NCBI GenBank assembly: GCA_964393465.1
Contig: CAYMTT010000002.1
Coordinates: 1-47,510, forward strand
From: an uncultured Candidatus Saccharibacteria bacterium
GTDB lineage: Bacteria; Patescibacteriota; Minisyncoccia; Minisyncoccales; MHMH01
Reading direction: 5' to 3'
Length of the DNA: 47,510 bases
The notes beneath the pieces are model-generated. The model saw only the letters and a list, made by a program, of their open reading frames with translations. It did no database searches and was not told where the DNA came from. How positions within the stretch are numbered: position 1 is the stretch's first letter; each line of letters starts with the position of its first letter. This document shows, one piece after another, positions 47,407 through 47,510 of the stretch. Both the position numbers and the translations under genes were made by a program.

Positions 47407-47510
47407 ATGGGTTTTACTATAAAAAAATTCAAAAATTATATTGCAAATCTGGGTTTAATTGGAATTGCTCTTCTGATTTACATGGCACTTTTGTATTATG
47501 ATTCTTTTCT
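47407..47510 (+). CDS. partial CDS (5-prime end only), hydrophobic N-terminus
   Basis: ATG at 47407. MGFTIKKFKNYIANLGLIGIALLIYMALLYYDSF... runs off the window, and the DNA is very AT-rich. Confidence 0.35.
   Translation, partial: MGFTIKKFKNYIANLGLIGIALLIYMALLYYDSF

Overview
This is a 47.5-kb chromosomal window from a small-genome, moderately AT-rich bacterium. Its gene content looks like Candidate Phyla Radiation / Patescibacteria; this is an inference from a PPIase-less trigger factor, a short YidC, VirB4/PrgI-type pilus genes with Cys-rich pilin-like proteins, a lamin-tail-domain protein, and many genes without a Shine-Dalgarno. The window spans the replication-origin neighbourhood (rpmH-rnpA-yidC-jag on the - strand, dnaA-dnaN on the + strand, with a short AT-rich dnaA-dnaN spacer carrying a perfect DnaA box). 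Housekeeping genes present are: HU, membrane pyrophosphatase, RNase Y, clpP, tig, nusA, rpsO, pnp, rsmA, cca, tyrS, a class A PBP, ruvC, yebC, ruvB, tsaE and a 5-prime nuclease. There are four tRNAs (Ala-CGC, Pro-CGG, Arg-UCG, Lys-CUU). None encodes CCA, and all are interleaved with protein genes. The accessory highlight is a tightly packed nine-gene + strand operon (23377-32625). It encodes VirB6-like, PrgI/VirB3-like and VirB4-like components followed by three paralogous pilin-module/Cys-rich-domain fusion proteins. A short stand-alone pilin gene sits 10 kb away, sandwiched between two tRNAs. A second accessory theme on the - strand is a PilB/GspE ATPase, a degenerate DHH protein and a lamin-tail-domain surface protein embedded in the ruvB-yebC-ruvC operon. 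Three intergenic regions carry near-consensus sigma70 promoters driving end-paired structured RNAs of unresolved class. No CRISPR array, rRNA, transposase or integrase was seen.
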